Source: Octopus vulgaris (taxonomy: Eukaryota). Taken from it: a stretch of 64,000 nucleotides of DNA. Positions 30,052-44,415 of the stretch are shown piece by piece. The stretch is from NCBI GenBank assembly GCA_951406725.2, contig OX597825.1:17174001-17238000 (forward strand), read 5' to 3'. Each line of letters begins with the position of its first letter. Position 1 is the first letter of the stretch. The translations under genes and the position numbers were made by a program. The notes under the pieces are model-generated. The model made no database searches. It was not told the origin of the DNA and saw only the letters and a list, made by a program, of their open reading frames with translations.

Positions 30052-31710
30052 TTGGTAACGTTTACTAAAACAAAACTTCAGGCCGTATAGCGCTGGTAAA
30101 TATATTCGCATATATCTTTACACACACTTATATACATAAACCAAAAAGTCCATATTATAAATATTTAAAAATACAAATAAGAGTTTGACACTGAAAAACA
30201 TAAAACTAATTGCGAGTTAGCACGGCACACCTTTTTCGCTGAAAGGAAACGAAAATTAATCTCAACTTTAAGCAAAGATCAGTAATTATGATTAATGAAA
30301 AATAGCAAAGAAACCCTACAAATTGTCAGAAGTCAGTGGATATTGATAGGTTTCCTGGCGATCTGAGACAAAACTAAATCAGTCATATGACATAGCTCAA
30401 ACATGTCAAAGTAGAATTTAATGTTACAGAATGTTGACAATTTCCCATAATCAAACGTTCTCAAAAAGAGGCAACTGCTCTTGAGTAGCTTTATATGAAC
30501 CTCACCGTCACTACCCCATGGTGACTCCGATGGCCTTCGTAATTAAGTGCGTTATTGCCACTAATTATGTCAGAACAAACAAAAACGAAATGACTTATTC
30601 ATTGATAATTCTTTGTTCTTTGTTACACTTGTTCATTCTTTTTCCTTAACGGCACAGTCCAGTTGAAGATGACTTTAACTGTTATTTTATGCATGTCCAG
30701 GGACTAAATTCTTCGTCATAAAGAACTATGGTAACAATGCAAGCAGTTTGGATACGAAGGAAAAAAACCCTGGATAAGGAAAAGAATATTTACAAGAAGT
30801 GTGGAAGCATAAAATGGAATAAATAACACAACGCAGATGGACGAAGCGCAACAAAAAATATTGTTTACTGATATATGAAATCAACACACAAAAATAAAAA
30901 AGAAATATATAAAAAATAAAAAAAGAAACAGAATAAGGTAGGTATATGTGAAACTGCAGAATATCTAAACAGCTAATTATTGCAATACCCTACGGAATAA
31001 ATAATTCGAAATAAAAGGCTACGCAATGTTTATATACACTATAATGTCTAATGAAAATAGAAAGAAATTATATAGAGAAATGTATGAGCAAAATAATTGA
31101 AACAGACGCACTATCCAAAAGAAGGAAATGGAAACGTTCTGAGAGAAAAATTAACTGTACGAGAAATACAGTCCAATAAAGCAAACAAGGTCTTTCTCCA
31201 CGACCGTGAATATCAGTAACAATTGATGGATTTGGACAAAGGAGCTAAAACTTAGAAAAGAAAATAGAAATCGCCTGAGATCGACAAATTCTAGTAATTG
31301 TGGATGAAATAGCAGAAGCGTAATTCTACATGACAGCTTAACAAAAATATTAAATGTAATCTCCCTGACTGAATATCAAAGAAGACAAACGGTGTTTCTA
31401 TTGAAGATTCTACATTGCAGAATCATTCAAGGCTTCAGATTAACATAAAATCTACTGACTCAAATAATGATAAATGCAATATATATTTTGGTAGATGAAA
31501 ACCTGTTATGACCCTACAAAAATGTTCCTTGTGCAAAACCAACGGGAGATTTGCCTTATCCTCTGTTTAGCAGAAATAGTAGCTAAGATCACAAAAGTAG
31601 TATGTTGTTATTTGTGGCCAGAAAGGATTGCACACTTTGCGTTTATAATACATAAAGTTGATGGTCGCAGTCGAAAATAAGAGGGCCTGGGGATAAGCAT
31701 TATAAACAGC

Positions 31711-32017
31711 GTGGAGGCACATGGCCTATTGGTTAGAGCTGCAGACCTCGCGACGGAGGGATCGCAGGTTCGAATCTCATACTGGGCGATGTGTGTGTTT
31801 ATGAGCGATGCACCTAAGCTCCACATGGCTCCGACAGAAGGTATTAGCGAAATTCTGCTGACTCTTTCGCAACAAAGTTTTCTCTCTCTTTCCTCCTGCA
31901 TCTTGCGGCTCACCTGCGACGGACAGGCGTCCCGTCCAGGTGGGGAACCTATACGCCAAGTAAACCGGGAAACCGGCCCTTATGAGCCAGGCATGCCTTG
32001 AGATGGAACAAACTACG
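31711..32017 (+). mobile_element. SINE related to family C, 11-bp TSD
   Basis: TSD TTATAAACAGC at 31700-31710 and 32018-32028; tRNA head with GGTTCGAATC. Confidence 0.9.
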
Positions 32018-32436
32018 TTATAAACAGCAACGGGACTGCAAAATATAAACCTATGTCAGCAATAACCTACCGAATTTTGTTAAATGAGCTCTGGTAAATA
32101 ACAAAATAAAGAATGTTTTAAAATGGGACGACTTATCTTTGACGGGGAAAAGAAGTCCTTCCTCATTTACAATCTCAGACAACCTGCTGCTGATTGTGTT
32201 AGATATAGAGAAGTCAAATATATGTCGAGGTTGTAGGAAGCCTTCACAATTATTTTTGCTATGAGAAATGTAGAATAATGTCGCACGAAGCAGCGTTGAA
32301 TGAAATATATTCGCGTAAACTCATATTTAGCATGTTCGAGTAAATTCGAACGTGAGAACATTCGTTGCAGAAAGATTTTGGGGAGAAAATTCTCGTCCTA
32401 GAAGACATGTTTGAGAGTATATAGGGAGCCCTGAAA

Positions 32437-32666
32437 GGCGGCGAGCTGGCGGAACCGTTAGCACGCCGGGCGAAATGCTTAGCAGTATTTCGTCTGTCGC
32501 TACGTTCTGAGTTCAAATTCCGCCGAGGTTTACGTTGCCTTTCATCCTTTCGGGGTCGATAAATTAAGTACCAGTTACGCACTGGGGTCAATGTAATCAA
32601 CTTACTTCGTTCGTCTGTCCATGTTTGTCCCCTCTATGTTCGGCCCCTTGTGGGTAATAAAGAAAC
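32437..32666 (+). mobile_element. SINE family B, full length
   Basis: Full family-B sequence; TSD-like TATAGGG(A/G)GCC(C/G)TGAA; central GCCTTTCATCCTTTCGGGGTCGATAAA resembles the Meta/MESC SINE domain (from memory). Confidence 0.9.
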
Positions 32667-32872
32667 ATATAGGGGGCCGTGAACGGCGTCATTGGATCGC
32701 AGAAGTCATACAATCTTTCTAGTCATCAATTACGCAAACCAGATTTATTATTTACTTCTTGATAAGGACGAATTCATTTTTTGTCGAGTAACATCAGTGT
32801 ATTTGCTGGTGTGAGTAAGGTTTGGACAAACTAGAATTAAATAAAATCGTACGTAATAACGAATAAAATATA

Positions 32873-33104
32873 TATTTCTTTACTACCCACAAGGGGCTAA
32901 ACACTGAGGGGACAAACAAGGACAGACAAACAGATAAAGTCGATTACATCGATCCCAGTGCGTAACTGGTACTTAATTTATCGACCCCGAAAGGATGAAA
33001 GGCAAAGTCGACCTCGGCGGAATTTGAACTCAGATCGTAACGGCAGACGAAATACGGCTACGCATTACGCCCGGCGTGTTAACGTTTCTGCCAGCTCGCC
33101 GCCT
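32873..33104 (-). mobile_element. SINE family B, full length
   Basis: Reverse complement of 32437-32666. Confidence 0.9.
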
Positions 33105-34735
33105 AAAATAAAATATAGAAGTTCAAAATACCTGCGTTGCCATGACGTTACTCTCTGTCCAATAAGTGGAGGTGTTCCCGCGTACGAATGCATTTGAACG
33201 TGTTATGACTTTATACAAATGTATGAGTATTGTGTTTTTAATTATAATTAGTTAACTCTCTAGAGATATCAAGTACATGTTGAAAACCCTCTCTTGATTA
33301 CTTTGAAACAGAGTATGAATATATTCATGTATAAATGTGGTAGCAAATAGCCAATAGCAAAGAACAGATGCTATGTTCTGCAAATTGGAAAACCAGAAGA
33401 ACCTGAGACTTTTAGAGAGTAGTATACATTCTTCAAAGAACAGTGAAACTGCAAAATCAGAAACAATATTCACAATTAAAATCAATTTGTCCCCGAAAAA
33501 GAAAAATATCAAGAAAATATAGTAGTTAAACAGAAAATGCAAAACACGAGAATTGAGCTGCGAGAGGCAATAATATGGGAATTGAATTATGAGTGGCAAC
33601 ATTATAGGGCATTGTTACCTCAACAATACCTATTGTAATAGAAGATGTAGTAATAAAATGCGAAATTACGCAAAAAATAAAACCTTCATATAAGTCTTCA
33701 GCATGAGAGTTGCATGAAATAATTTCCCTGGAGAACTGAGACGCATGCGCATATATTAACCGAAATGCCTAATAACAAACACATGCAATATGTGTTCGAT
33801 GCATCTCTTGTTCCCGTAGCACGAGTATCCTTTAACTGAGAAATGAAGATTTCTTTTCTTCTACGTAATAAATCTTCAAACGCTGATATTGTTACAACTG
33901 CTATTGTTAGCCCAGGGTAAGTACTGAGACAAGAGACCTAATCCCAAAGTCGATCCATCCGTTAGAATCCCGTCTTTTCTTAGTTTGTAGGACGACGTTT
34001 ATGTAGAATTTTCTCATAAATTTTCTCATTATGAAGAATAGAAGGTAGGATATGATTTCCGACTAGTTAGAGACCCCTTTTGATACTGTCAAATGGTTTA
34101 TTGGTACTCCTATAACATTTAAAAATTTTCACTTCTATTGTTGAATCGTTATAAAATATGCGACGTTATTATCAAGCTCTGTTGAAAGATTTTGCTAGTT
34201 TCCAATTTTCGTCTATGTTATTGCCATCATTTTTCTATTTCTGCTATATTCAATGTGTTATTTCTTGGGAGAAAACAATGGTGTTTATGTTGAGGGAAAT
34301 TTAGAAGGACTGTAAAAAAAAAACCCCAAAAAAAAACCCATCATTATTTGCAGATGTTTTTCTTTGTCACTAGTAGTGGCTCTTAGACATTGTACTGTAT
34401 ATTAATATACTTTGCAAATCTAATTCCCCCTTCTAGAGAAAAGTCTTCTCTCATTTCTGTTATTGTATACATTGTAAAAGCATGTAAATTAATAGAAAAT
34501 AGCGTTTGAGAAGGTATAGAGATATTCCCTCAAAACCCTTTAATAAACAGGTTAGAAACAACAACACGAAAATAATCTATGAAGTATATCTTCAATAGAT
34601 GAAGAATTTAGTTGACATCTTCTGCTTACAAAGAACCAAGGAGTTCCAACTTCAGCGTAAAGACAGAACTAGAATCTTATGCGGTTTTCAGTGTAACTGA
34701 ACCAAGTGTTTTTGCAATAATATGATTTACATATC

Positions 34736-35560
34736 TATTTCTTTACTACCCACAAGGGGCAATACGCAGAGGGGACAAACAAGGACAGACAAAAGGATTA
34801 TGTCGATTACATCGACCCCAGTGCGTAACTGGTACTTAATTTATCGACCCCGAAAGGATGAAAGGCAAAGTCGACCTCGACGGAATTTGAACTCAGAACG
34901 TAACAGCAGACGAAATACGGCTATGCATTTCACCCGTCGTGCTAACGTTTCTGCCAGCTCGCCGCCTTAAAATATAATTTATATTCCATCAGAAGGAAGA
35001 AAAACAAAGCAGCGTTTATAAGTTTTGAACGCAGAAGATAATTGTACGTAACTATAGACCAACAGACATTAAAAATATACATTTCTTTACTACCCACAAG
35101 GGGCAATACCCAGAGGGGACAAACAAGGACAGACAAAAGGATGAAGTCGATTACATCGACCACAGTGCGTAACTGGTACTTAATTTATCGACCCCGAAAG
35201 GATGAAAGGCAAAGTCGACCTCGGTGGAATTTGAAATCAGAACGTATCGACAGACGAAATACTTATTTCTTTACTACCCACAAGGGGCTAAACACAGAGA
35301 GGACAAACAAGGACAGACGAATAGATTAAGTCGATTATATCGACCCCAGTGCGTAACTGGTACTTATTTAATCGACCCCGAAAGGATGAAAGGCAAAGTC
35401 GACCTCGGCGGAATTTGAACTCAGAACGTAACGGCAGACAAAATACGGCTACGCATTTCGCCCGGCGTGCTAACGTTTCTGCAGCTCGCCGCCCTCGACA
35501 GACGAAATACTGCTAAGCATTTCGCCCGGCGTGCTAACGTTTCTGCCAGCTCGCTGCCTC
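34736..35560 (-). mobile_element. Three family-B SINEs: one single, one with a nested same-family copy (35264-35494)
   Basis: Nested copy flanked by TCGACAGACGAAATACT at 35247-35263 and 35495-35511; flank 34970-35079 repeated at 35563-35651. Confidence 0.9.
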
Positions 35561-36466
35561 ATAATATGATTTACATATCATCAGAAGGATGAAAAGCAAA
35601 GTAGTGTTTATAATTGTACGTAACTACAGACCAACATACATTAAAAATATAGTTACTATGTTTCTGTTTATCAGTTATCACGTACATTCTGCATAAAATA
35701 AAAAAAATATAAGTAATCAAAAGTAGCGTTAATAATTATAATAGTGACTATAAAATATGTATATTAATCTAATCTCTTTTCTTCTAGAATATATTAACGA
35801 CACAATATCTGAAATTGTACTTGGTTTACGTAATTATTTGTCTTACGAATATGTTTCATCTAATCTACAATGTTTTTGTGAAGAATAGTGTGAGAGAAAA
35901 CTATCTATGAAAATAATATTGGAAAATACATAAAGATAAGAATTTCGTATACCTCCAGGTATTTCCCCAAAGATATAATATTTCAAGTAAGAAATCAATG
36001 AATATATTATTTCCAAGCAGATTTAGTTTGCTCGATGTTAACGAATCTAGAAAAAGCACCCGATGATTCATTTACATACTCTAAGTACATTATTTTGTTT
36101 CGTTTAGCCCCAAAACTACTGCAGTCTCCATTTTCTAAGCTTACATGGAAACGAAGAATATATGTTGATGATAAAAAGGTTCTTTGGAGTATAAGTGGTG
36201 TGCAATATTAAGATATTAAAGTTTCATAATGAAATTGATGAATATATGAAAGAACACCTCTTGACGCTGTTTCCTGTGTAACTCCACTATCATTTCTAAA
36301 TTTAAATCACGACAAAATATCGTATTTATTTCGAATAAAATTGTAGAAAATGGATTCAGCTTCATTCGATACGTCTTTTGAAAATGAGGACACGCATAAA
36401 ATTTCCAAGCAATATTTATACGATGTATGCTGCGTTTTGTAGCTAACCTTATTTTGATACGTACAA

Positions 36467-36910
36467 AGGCGGCGAGCTGGCAGAAACGTTAGCACGACGG
36501 GCGAAGTGCGTAGCCGTATTTCGTCTGCCTTTACGTTCTGAGTTCAAATTCCGCCGAGGTCGAATTAGCCTTTCAGCCTTTAGGAGTCGATTAAATAAGT
36601 ACCAGTTACGCACTGTGGTCGATATAATCGACTTAATCCGTTTGTCTGTCCTTGTTTGTCCCCTCTCTGTTTAGCCCATTGTGAACAATAAAGAAATAAG
36701 AAACGTTAGCACGCCGGACGAAATGAGTAGATATTTCGTTTGCCGTTACGTTCAAATTCCGCCGAGGTCGACTTTGTCTTTCAACCTTTAGGGGTCAATT
36801 AAATAAGTACCAGTTACGCACTGTGGTCGATATAATCGACGTAATCCGTTTGTCTGTCCTTGTTTGTCACCTCTGTGTTTAGCCCCATGTGGGTAGTAAA
36901 GAAAGAAATA
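36467..36910 (+). mobile_element. SINE family B head-to-tail dimer
   Basis: Full copy followed directly by a second copy starting at AGAAACGTTAGCACG. Confidence 0.9.
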
Positions 36911-37119
36911 ATTTTCTGTTCTCTTAAATGATATCACCTTCCTCTCTCAAAGTGTTCTTTTCACCATCCAAGAAAACATTCACATACTTTTAATTCTGAT
37001 ATTTAATTTAGCAGTGATATTAATTGTAACCACAATATTCGTAGAGACTCTATTGGATACACCAGTATCCAGTTGAACTTTCTTCACTTATCCTTTTGAT
37101 TTTTCTTATCACTAGGACT

Positions 37120-37575
37120 GATTTCAAATTTTGCCACAAGGTCAGCAATTTTAGGTAGTGAGGTAAGTTGATTACATCGGTCCAGTACTGAACTAGTACT
37201 TATTTTATCAACCACGAAGAGATGAATGGCAAGCTGGGACTCGGCGGATTTTGAACTGAGAGCGTGAAGACATATATATTGTTACCAAGTATTTTTGCCC
37301 CTTTGTGCTAAGGTTTCTGCTGGCTCACCAATCGTATCTTTAAGATTAATATTTACACTTAGGCGATGAGCTGCCAGAATCGTTAGCACGCTGGGCGAAA
37401 TGCTTAGCAAGCATTTCGTTCGCATTTACGTTCTGAGTTCAAATGCCACCGAAGACAACTTTGCTTTTCTTCATTTTGGGGTCGATAAAATAAGTTGCAG
37501 TTAAACGCTGAGGTCGACATAATTGACTTTCCCTTCCCTTAAAATTGCAGTCCTTCTGCCAAGATTTCAAACCAA
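37120..37575. mobile_element. Two old family-B SINEs head-to-head
   Basis: Minus copy ~37120-37330, plus copy ~37361-37575. Confidence 0.75.
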
Positions 37576-37722
37576 TATCAAAGATGAGATTTCATTATTT
37601 ACAGATATGTACTCGTAGCATTAACAACCGAATAACTATTTAGTGCACGAAAGAATTTGCATATATATCCCTCTAAATATCTACTTACTTATACTCACAC
37701 ACACACACCAGCATATATATAC

Positions 37723-37759
<37 letters not shown>

Positions 37760-37771
37760 CATGAAAGAATG

Positions 37772-37809
<38 letters not shown>

Positions 37810-37958
37810 TATATATATATATGTATATATATGTATAATAAATGTATGTTTATATATATATATATTCATATATATATATATATTCATATATATATATATA
37901 TATGAATATATATATAGATATAAACATACATTTATTATACATATACATACATAATTTA

Positions 37959-38002
<44 letters not shown>

Positions 38003-38155
38003 AAATAAACACTGTATGCCTTGCCGATACTTGTTTACATTTTGGATATATGATTTCATTTATTAAATATGTGCTAGAGACTAATATCAGGTTGCTGACG
38101 TAAGATAACCGCGCTGGTTTATTGATGAGACTTTGCGCACAATCAATCAATTGAT

Positions 38156-38194
38156 ATATTATGAAGGTTCATAATGACCGAAACGTCAGAATAT
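38156..38194 (+). ncRNA. Hammerhead remnant with 5' core deletion
   Basis: AUAUU-[CUCUG missing]-AUGAA-GGUUcauaauGACC-GAAAC-GUC-AGAAUAU; 3' half canonical (GAAACGUC) and AAUAU complements the upstream AUAUU. Confidence 0.5.
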
Positions 38195-38555
38195 TTGCTC
38201 AGTAATCTAGTACGTTTCCTAACGATTATACTATATACCAAGTTACGATGGGTTTTGTTACAGAATAGGAAGAGAAAATTACATATTAGAAATATTAGCC
38301 ATGCACAAATATGCTGTTACTACACAAATATTTTATCGAACTTCTATATATTTATGTATTTAACATATCCACAGAGACAAACTTTATATATTTACGTGCG
38401 TGTGTGTTTATTTACCGCAATTGCAAGTCATCAGATTGTGTAATTTGTAATGGTTTTCTCTATATATGCACAGGTTTCCAGTGACGTGCACACACACACA
38501 CACACGCACGCGCGAGCACACACACATATGTGAAGACTAGACTAAGAAGACTAGA

Positions 38556-39560
38556 CTTAACTACTTATCCAAAAGCACCACCCATCCATCCTTCTATCAT
38601 CTAATCAAAACCCACAAACCCGGACCTAAGCTTAAAACTAGATCCATAGAATCAAGAATTAATGGTCCTTTCTATAAGATTATTTGGCTCCTTTATACAC
38701 TTCTCAAGGTTTTTTGCACCCATTTCCCGGATACGTCAGCGGTTCCCACGAACTTTTCACAAGTCTCAAAGATATTGACCCCTCCATACTCAAAACTAAC
38801 AAATACCCTCTCAGGTTAGACGTAATAGTCCTTTACACTTCCGTACCTGCTCTCCAGGCTGTCGATATTCTTATAGACGACATCACATCCTTCATATCAT
38901 TATCTCCTGCTACATCCTCTTCGTCCTTACCTGCTTCTTCATCTGATATATGATTTCATTTATTAAATATGTGCTAGAGACTAATATCAACTGCAACCTC
39001 TTCCTCCCCATCTTTCCTTTCATCTTCTCCCGCTTTCCCAACAATCAGCCTCCAGCTCTTTGGACTCCCACCTACGGACATACGAGAATTACTAACCATT
39101 ATAGTTAGTAACACTTATTTCTAATACAACGGTGTGGTTTACAAACATACTTCCTTTGGCCTATCAATGGGATCCAGCCTTTCAGGGATGCTGGCCAACA
39201 CGTACATGGATAAGTTAGAATGCACAGAGCTCAACACATGCGGCACATGTATAGTCTTCTCAAGATACGTTGATGATATCCTTATCATCTCGTTCTCCAG
39301 GCTTCGGCAAGCCATTGACATACACCGGGCCTTCAATAACATCAACATATACACAAAATTCGAGATCGAAAATCCAATCGAGTCCGGAACCCTCTCTCAT
39401 TTCGTCTTTCAACTCAGGATCACAGATGAAGGCTCCATATTTATTAACTTCTATAGTAAAGCCGCTAGCAGAAAACTTTTCGTTCACTACCAATCAGCGT
39501 TACCCGCCAGAGCCAAAGCCGATTGCGGGAGAAACGAGATTGCACGAATAAGCAACAAAT
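38556..39560 (+). pseudogene. Decayed Penelope/Poseidon-type PLE reverse transcriptase, cut by a SINE
   Basis: PSFYHLIKTHKP, RLDVIVLYTSVP, NTYF*YNG, GLSMGSSLSGMLANTYM, RYVDDILI, TKFEIE, FVHYQSALP are PLE RT motifs; stops and frameshifts. Confidence 0.85.
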
Positions 39561-39890
39561 GGTGGCTTCTTGGGCAAGTGTATTTTACTATAGCTTTGGG
39601 CTGACCAAAGCATTGTGAGTGAAACTGAAAGAAGCCCGTCGTATATATATATATATATATATGTGTGTGTTTGTGTGTCTGTTTGTCCCCCTAGCATTGC
39701 TTGACAACTGATGCTGGTGTATTTATGTCCCCGTTACTTAGCGGTTCGGCAAAAAGAGACCGATAGAATAAGTACTGGGCTTACAAAAAAATAAGTCCCG
39801 GGGTCGAGTTGCTCGATTAAAGGCGGTGCTACAGCATGGCCGCGGTCAGATGACTGAGACACGTAAAAAGAGTAAAAAAAAAAAAAGAGA
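39561..39890 (+). mobile_element. SINE family A, 5'-truncated
   Basis: GTGGC..CTTGGGCAAGTG through GTAAAAAGAG tail. Confidence 0.9.
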
Positions 39891-40343
39891 GGTGCTGTGT
39901 GGCCGAATGATTAAGCAGCTTACTTCCAAAGGACGAGGTTCTGACCTAGCATTTTAGGCCAACTTCTTTTTCTAGAAGTAGTTGAGATCGCTCCATACCT
40001 TTTGATGAGCATCGGCTACTCAGAAGCAGAGTAGAGAGAATCGCACACGTGATTCAAGAGGAATAATCTTGTCACTCTCGACCTGTCATGTCCAATGAGT
40101 CTGAGAATTTCATTAACGTGCACGTGACAGAGGACTCGACAGAGAAGCGTACCCTCGACGTAGGATATTAGAGACATTCAGATTCACACAGGATGTGACA
40201 TGACTGGCCGTTTGAATTGTAAGTGCGTATATTTCAACAAACACACACGTCATTCGGGGTGAGAATTCAATTGTCATTTTTTTTTGCTCTGTTCAATAAC
40301 AGTTGGGTGGACTGGAACAAAATGAAATGAAGAGTCTTACTCA

Positions 40344-40535
40344 TGGATAGATGGATGGATGGATGGCCGTACGGACTGACGGACGGACGGACAGATGGAT
40401 AGATGGATGGATGGGTGGATGTATGATTATTAGTTTAAAACAAAATGCCTGTTAGAAATTATTTGTATGTTTGAATTTAGATGGATGGATAGATGGATGG
40501 ATAGATGGATGGATTGATGGATGGATGCATGGATG
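40344..40535. repeat. (GGAT)n/(GGAC)n microsatellite with local duplication
   Basis: Directly visible; GGATGTAT(G/A)ATTATTAGTTTAAA occurs twice. Confidence 0.85.
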
Positions 40536-40677
40536 TATAATTATTAGTTTAAAGAGACCGATAGAATAAGTACTAGGCATCCAAAGAATAAGTCCTAGGG
40601 TCGATTTGCTCGACTAAAAGGCGGTGCTCCAGCATGGCCACAGTCAAATGACTGAAACAAGTAAAAGAGTAAAGAGA

Positions 40678-40762
<85 letters not shown>

Positions 40763-40765
<3 letters not shown>

Positions 40766-41134
40766 TGTCAATAATAAAAGAGTAAAATTAATTAATTATT
40801 AATTAATGTTACCAAGTAGTGTTCAGTATGTAAAAAGACCATTTACGGTATATTTAAAACATCACGTTATATAATTATGGTTCAGTAAAATAATTTACTT
40901 TACCACACACCGAACTTTTAGAAATAGCAACCAAAAAATTTTAGCTATTTCCTCTACTATAAGAAAAGTCTTCCCAGACAATGCATACTCAAAAATAATT
41001 CACGCAGGTATAGAGGGAAAAATAACGAAAGATTACACGTACATCGATTACTTGAAAACGCCGTTTCTGGATTAGTTGGATATAGAGATCAACATTTCCA
41101 TCATCAGCTCAAGATTTCTTTAGATTTGGATAAT
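40763..41134 (-). mobile_element. PLE terminal fragment carrying an HHR, inside (TA)n
   Basis: Absent from paralogous site 43128-43180; contains HHR 41051-41113. Confidence 0.8.
41051..41113 (-). ncRNA. Type I hammerhead ribozyme with extended stem II
   Basis: Minus strand CUUGAG-CUGAUGA-UGGAaauGUUG...CAACuaaUCCA-GAAAC-ggc-GUU-UUCAAG; 6-bp stem I, intact core. Confidence 0.8.
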
Positions 41135-41227
<93 letters not shown>

Positions 41228-42626
41228 CCAGTTAGATGATGCAAAAAATTAAGGTTTTTATTTTCTGAACATATACATTTATCAAGTTAACTTTCGAAAT
41301 AGAACGCCTTGGCTGCTGCCTTTTCTTTAAAGAAGTACGAGATAAATATGCCACACTCGCATCCGGATATGTTTTCATGTAACAGGCAATCATAGCGAAT
41401 CGAACCCATAGTGAATCGAACGCAAATCTTAAAGCCAACTGCCTTCTTTTACTCATTCTATATATCATCGAGAACAAACTGTCTTGAAATGGACTATTGG
41501 GGAAACATAAATTAGGGTACTTAAAACATGTCAAAGGCAATCTAGTACTCAGACGCACATAAGCCTAACCAGAGGAAATTTTAGCTCATCTGAAATATTG
41601 AATCACTGTGAGTGAGAGCTGTGTCAGATTATACCATTGATTTCAGTAAGCATGTGTATACTTTTGTCTCTCCACTCACAACTGTATATTTATAGAGTAC
41701 ATATGTGTCTGCGTACGTCACCGAATGAGTCGGTTCGGTTCCTATATTCTATATATGTGTTAATACACATGCTCATATTATGCTGTTCCGAATGTGTGGA
41801 GCTATACATTAATTTCTGTGTCGCAATCAGTAGGTGTTTTTTCATGGTAGAGCGAGCACCAATATCTGTCTATTATGTACGTATATCTGTGATCATGTAT
41901 ATATATATATTTATATAGGAATGTATTTATAAATGTACGTATTTATATCTGAATAAATGTATATATGCACAGATTTAAGCAAGCATACAAGCACATACGG
42001 TTATATATTCAATGTAATTCTATTCGAGTGTGTGTGTAGCGAGTGTATATAAATGTGTTTGTATGTATATCATTGTGATTCGTCAGTGTCTATTTAGCGG
42101 AAACAAAAGGAAACATCAGTCTATGCTATGAAGAGAATAAATTAAAATCTTTCTTGTGTTTCTAGGATATCATTTCGTTCCATTTCACGCTTGGTTTGTT
42201 ATTTTCAATCATGTATTTAACCTTGTTTATTCATGAAATACTTTCAAACTAAACACTTATTTATTGCAATGAAACAGTTAAATTAGAACCAGAAACCATT
42301 TCTTTTCTCTACTCGCATGGTTTAACATTCTATCGTAATTACAATTTAATTTTTTGACAGGGTATACTTGCCTACATGTCGAAGATGGCGCAGAGGCGTT
42401 CATGATTTTCCCAACTGCATTAGCTTCATAATTAATACGAAATAATTCCGAAGTGGGCTAATCAATTTGTGAGACCTTTATTGATAGCGTGCTCGTGTGC
42501 AGAAAACGAAATAATAAACAGGATTAGCTGATTGAAACGACTTAAAATGTTAATTGATGTAAATACTAATTCATACCCTTATGGCAATCTCCCTCTCTCT
42601 CTCATTCTCTCTCTCTATCTCTCTCT

Positions 42627-43183
<557 letters not shown>

Positions 43184-43664
43184 AGTTAGACGATGACAAA
43201 AAATGAGATTTTGTTTTCTGAACATATAATATATATATCAATTTAACGTTCGAAATCAGAACTCCTTGGCTGCTGCCTTTTCTGTTAGAAGTACGACATA
43301 AATCTGCCTCACCCGCATCCGGATATGTTTTCATGTAACAGGCAAACATTGTCTTTTCTCTTCCGAGACGGACCACGTCTGCTAGCTAAAAATAGTAGAG
43401 CCACTACCGCAATACGATTACGCAGAGGTCCCATTGATAAAGGGGTTATAAGACACACAACAACACACATCCTATTCAAAAGCTGCATTTAATCTCCTCC
43501 GTGTGATTAATCAATATTTTAGTAGATTAAATGCAATGTATCGCGTTTCAATTACCAGATTTCAATATGCAGATTTAGTTTGAAAATTATGAAAAATTCC
43601 ACAATTTCCTATGAGTCACTTTTGATAGTCTGAGACTGAATCACTTTGCAATGATACATAACTG

Positions 43665-43888
43665 TATGCGATGGCGTGCTGAAAAGTTCCTGGCTTTTGT
43701 TAACAGAAAATATGGGAGGATCAGTTAATTATGATTTTTTTAAAAGCATATTCCACTCTTGGCTTCACACACTTATTACAGCAGTCCTTCAGTTTTTCTA
43801 AATACTGTAAAAGAACTCGGAAAGTTGGGCTTTTAACCAGGCCATCTGCAATACTCTTAAAGCCAGAAACTTTTCAGTACATAGTATA
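43665..43888. mobile_element. Mariner-derived MITE
   Basis: TIRs GTGCTGAAAAGTTCCTGGCTTT / AAAGCCAGAAACTTTTCAGTAC, TA-flanked. Confidence 0.75.
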
Positions 43889-44380
43889 CACCTTATATGT
43901 GTTTTTTCATCTTGAATCTTAACATTTCAAATAACGTACAGGAATTAAAATTCTTAAAAAATCATTGTCACCGGAATATCTCATTTAGCTGTTTCCAAAA
44001 TCTACTGCTTGAATGCATATATAAGGAACATTTATTTTTAATGGTTAATGAAAATATTTGATGGATTTGTTCTTACCTACATTACTCCATTAGATAATTA
44101 CTCGAATTGGGAAAGAGATAATATTACTGGGCACTGTTATGAGAGCAATTGAAATATTACCCATATTCTATATATACTGGGTGTATATATACAGGGTGTA
44201 TTTACAAAGGGCGGAATAGATTACGAGCGGCCAACGGCCATCCAGCAATACGTGTACATGTGTATCCATGCATGTATATATATCTGTATACATACGTATG
44301 TGTGTATGCATGTATCTTTGTTTGTCTGTCTGTATGCATGTATGTGTCTATCTATATATCTATCAGCATTTCTATCTATA

Positions 44381-44415
<35 letters not shown>

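Larger units (their letters stand above)
30780..33660 (+). mobile_element. Heavily decayed R4/Dong-like non-LTR retrotransposon, split by three SINEs
   Basis: A-rich strand with fragments NENRKKLYREM, EMETF, RKSPEIDK, LHDSLTKILN, TVFLLK and C-terminal TIPIVI; many stops and frameshifts. Confidence 0.45.
40553..41393 (+). repeat. Local duplication, copy 1 (SINE-A tail + (TA)n + unique flank); copy 2 at 43001-43350
   Basis: Shared TAGGCATCCAAAG SINE variant, GTAAAGAGAG(TA)n and TCCAGTTAGA...GCATCCGGATATGTTTTCATGTAACAGGCAA flank. Confidence 0.85.
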
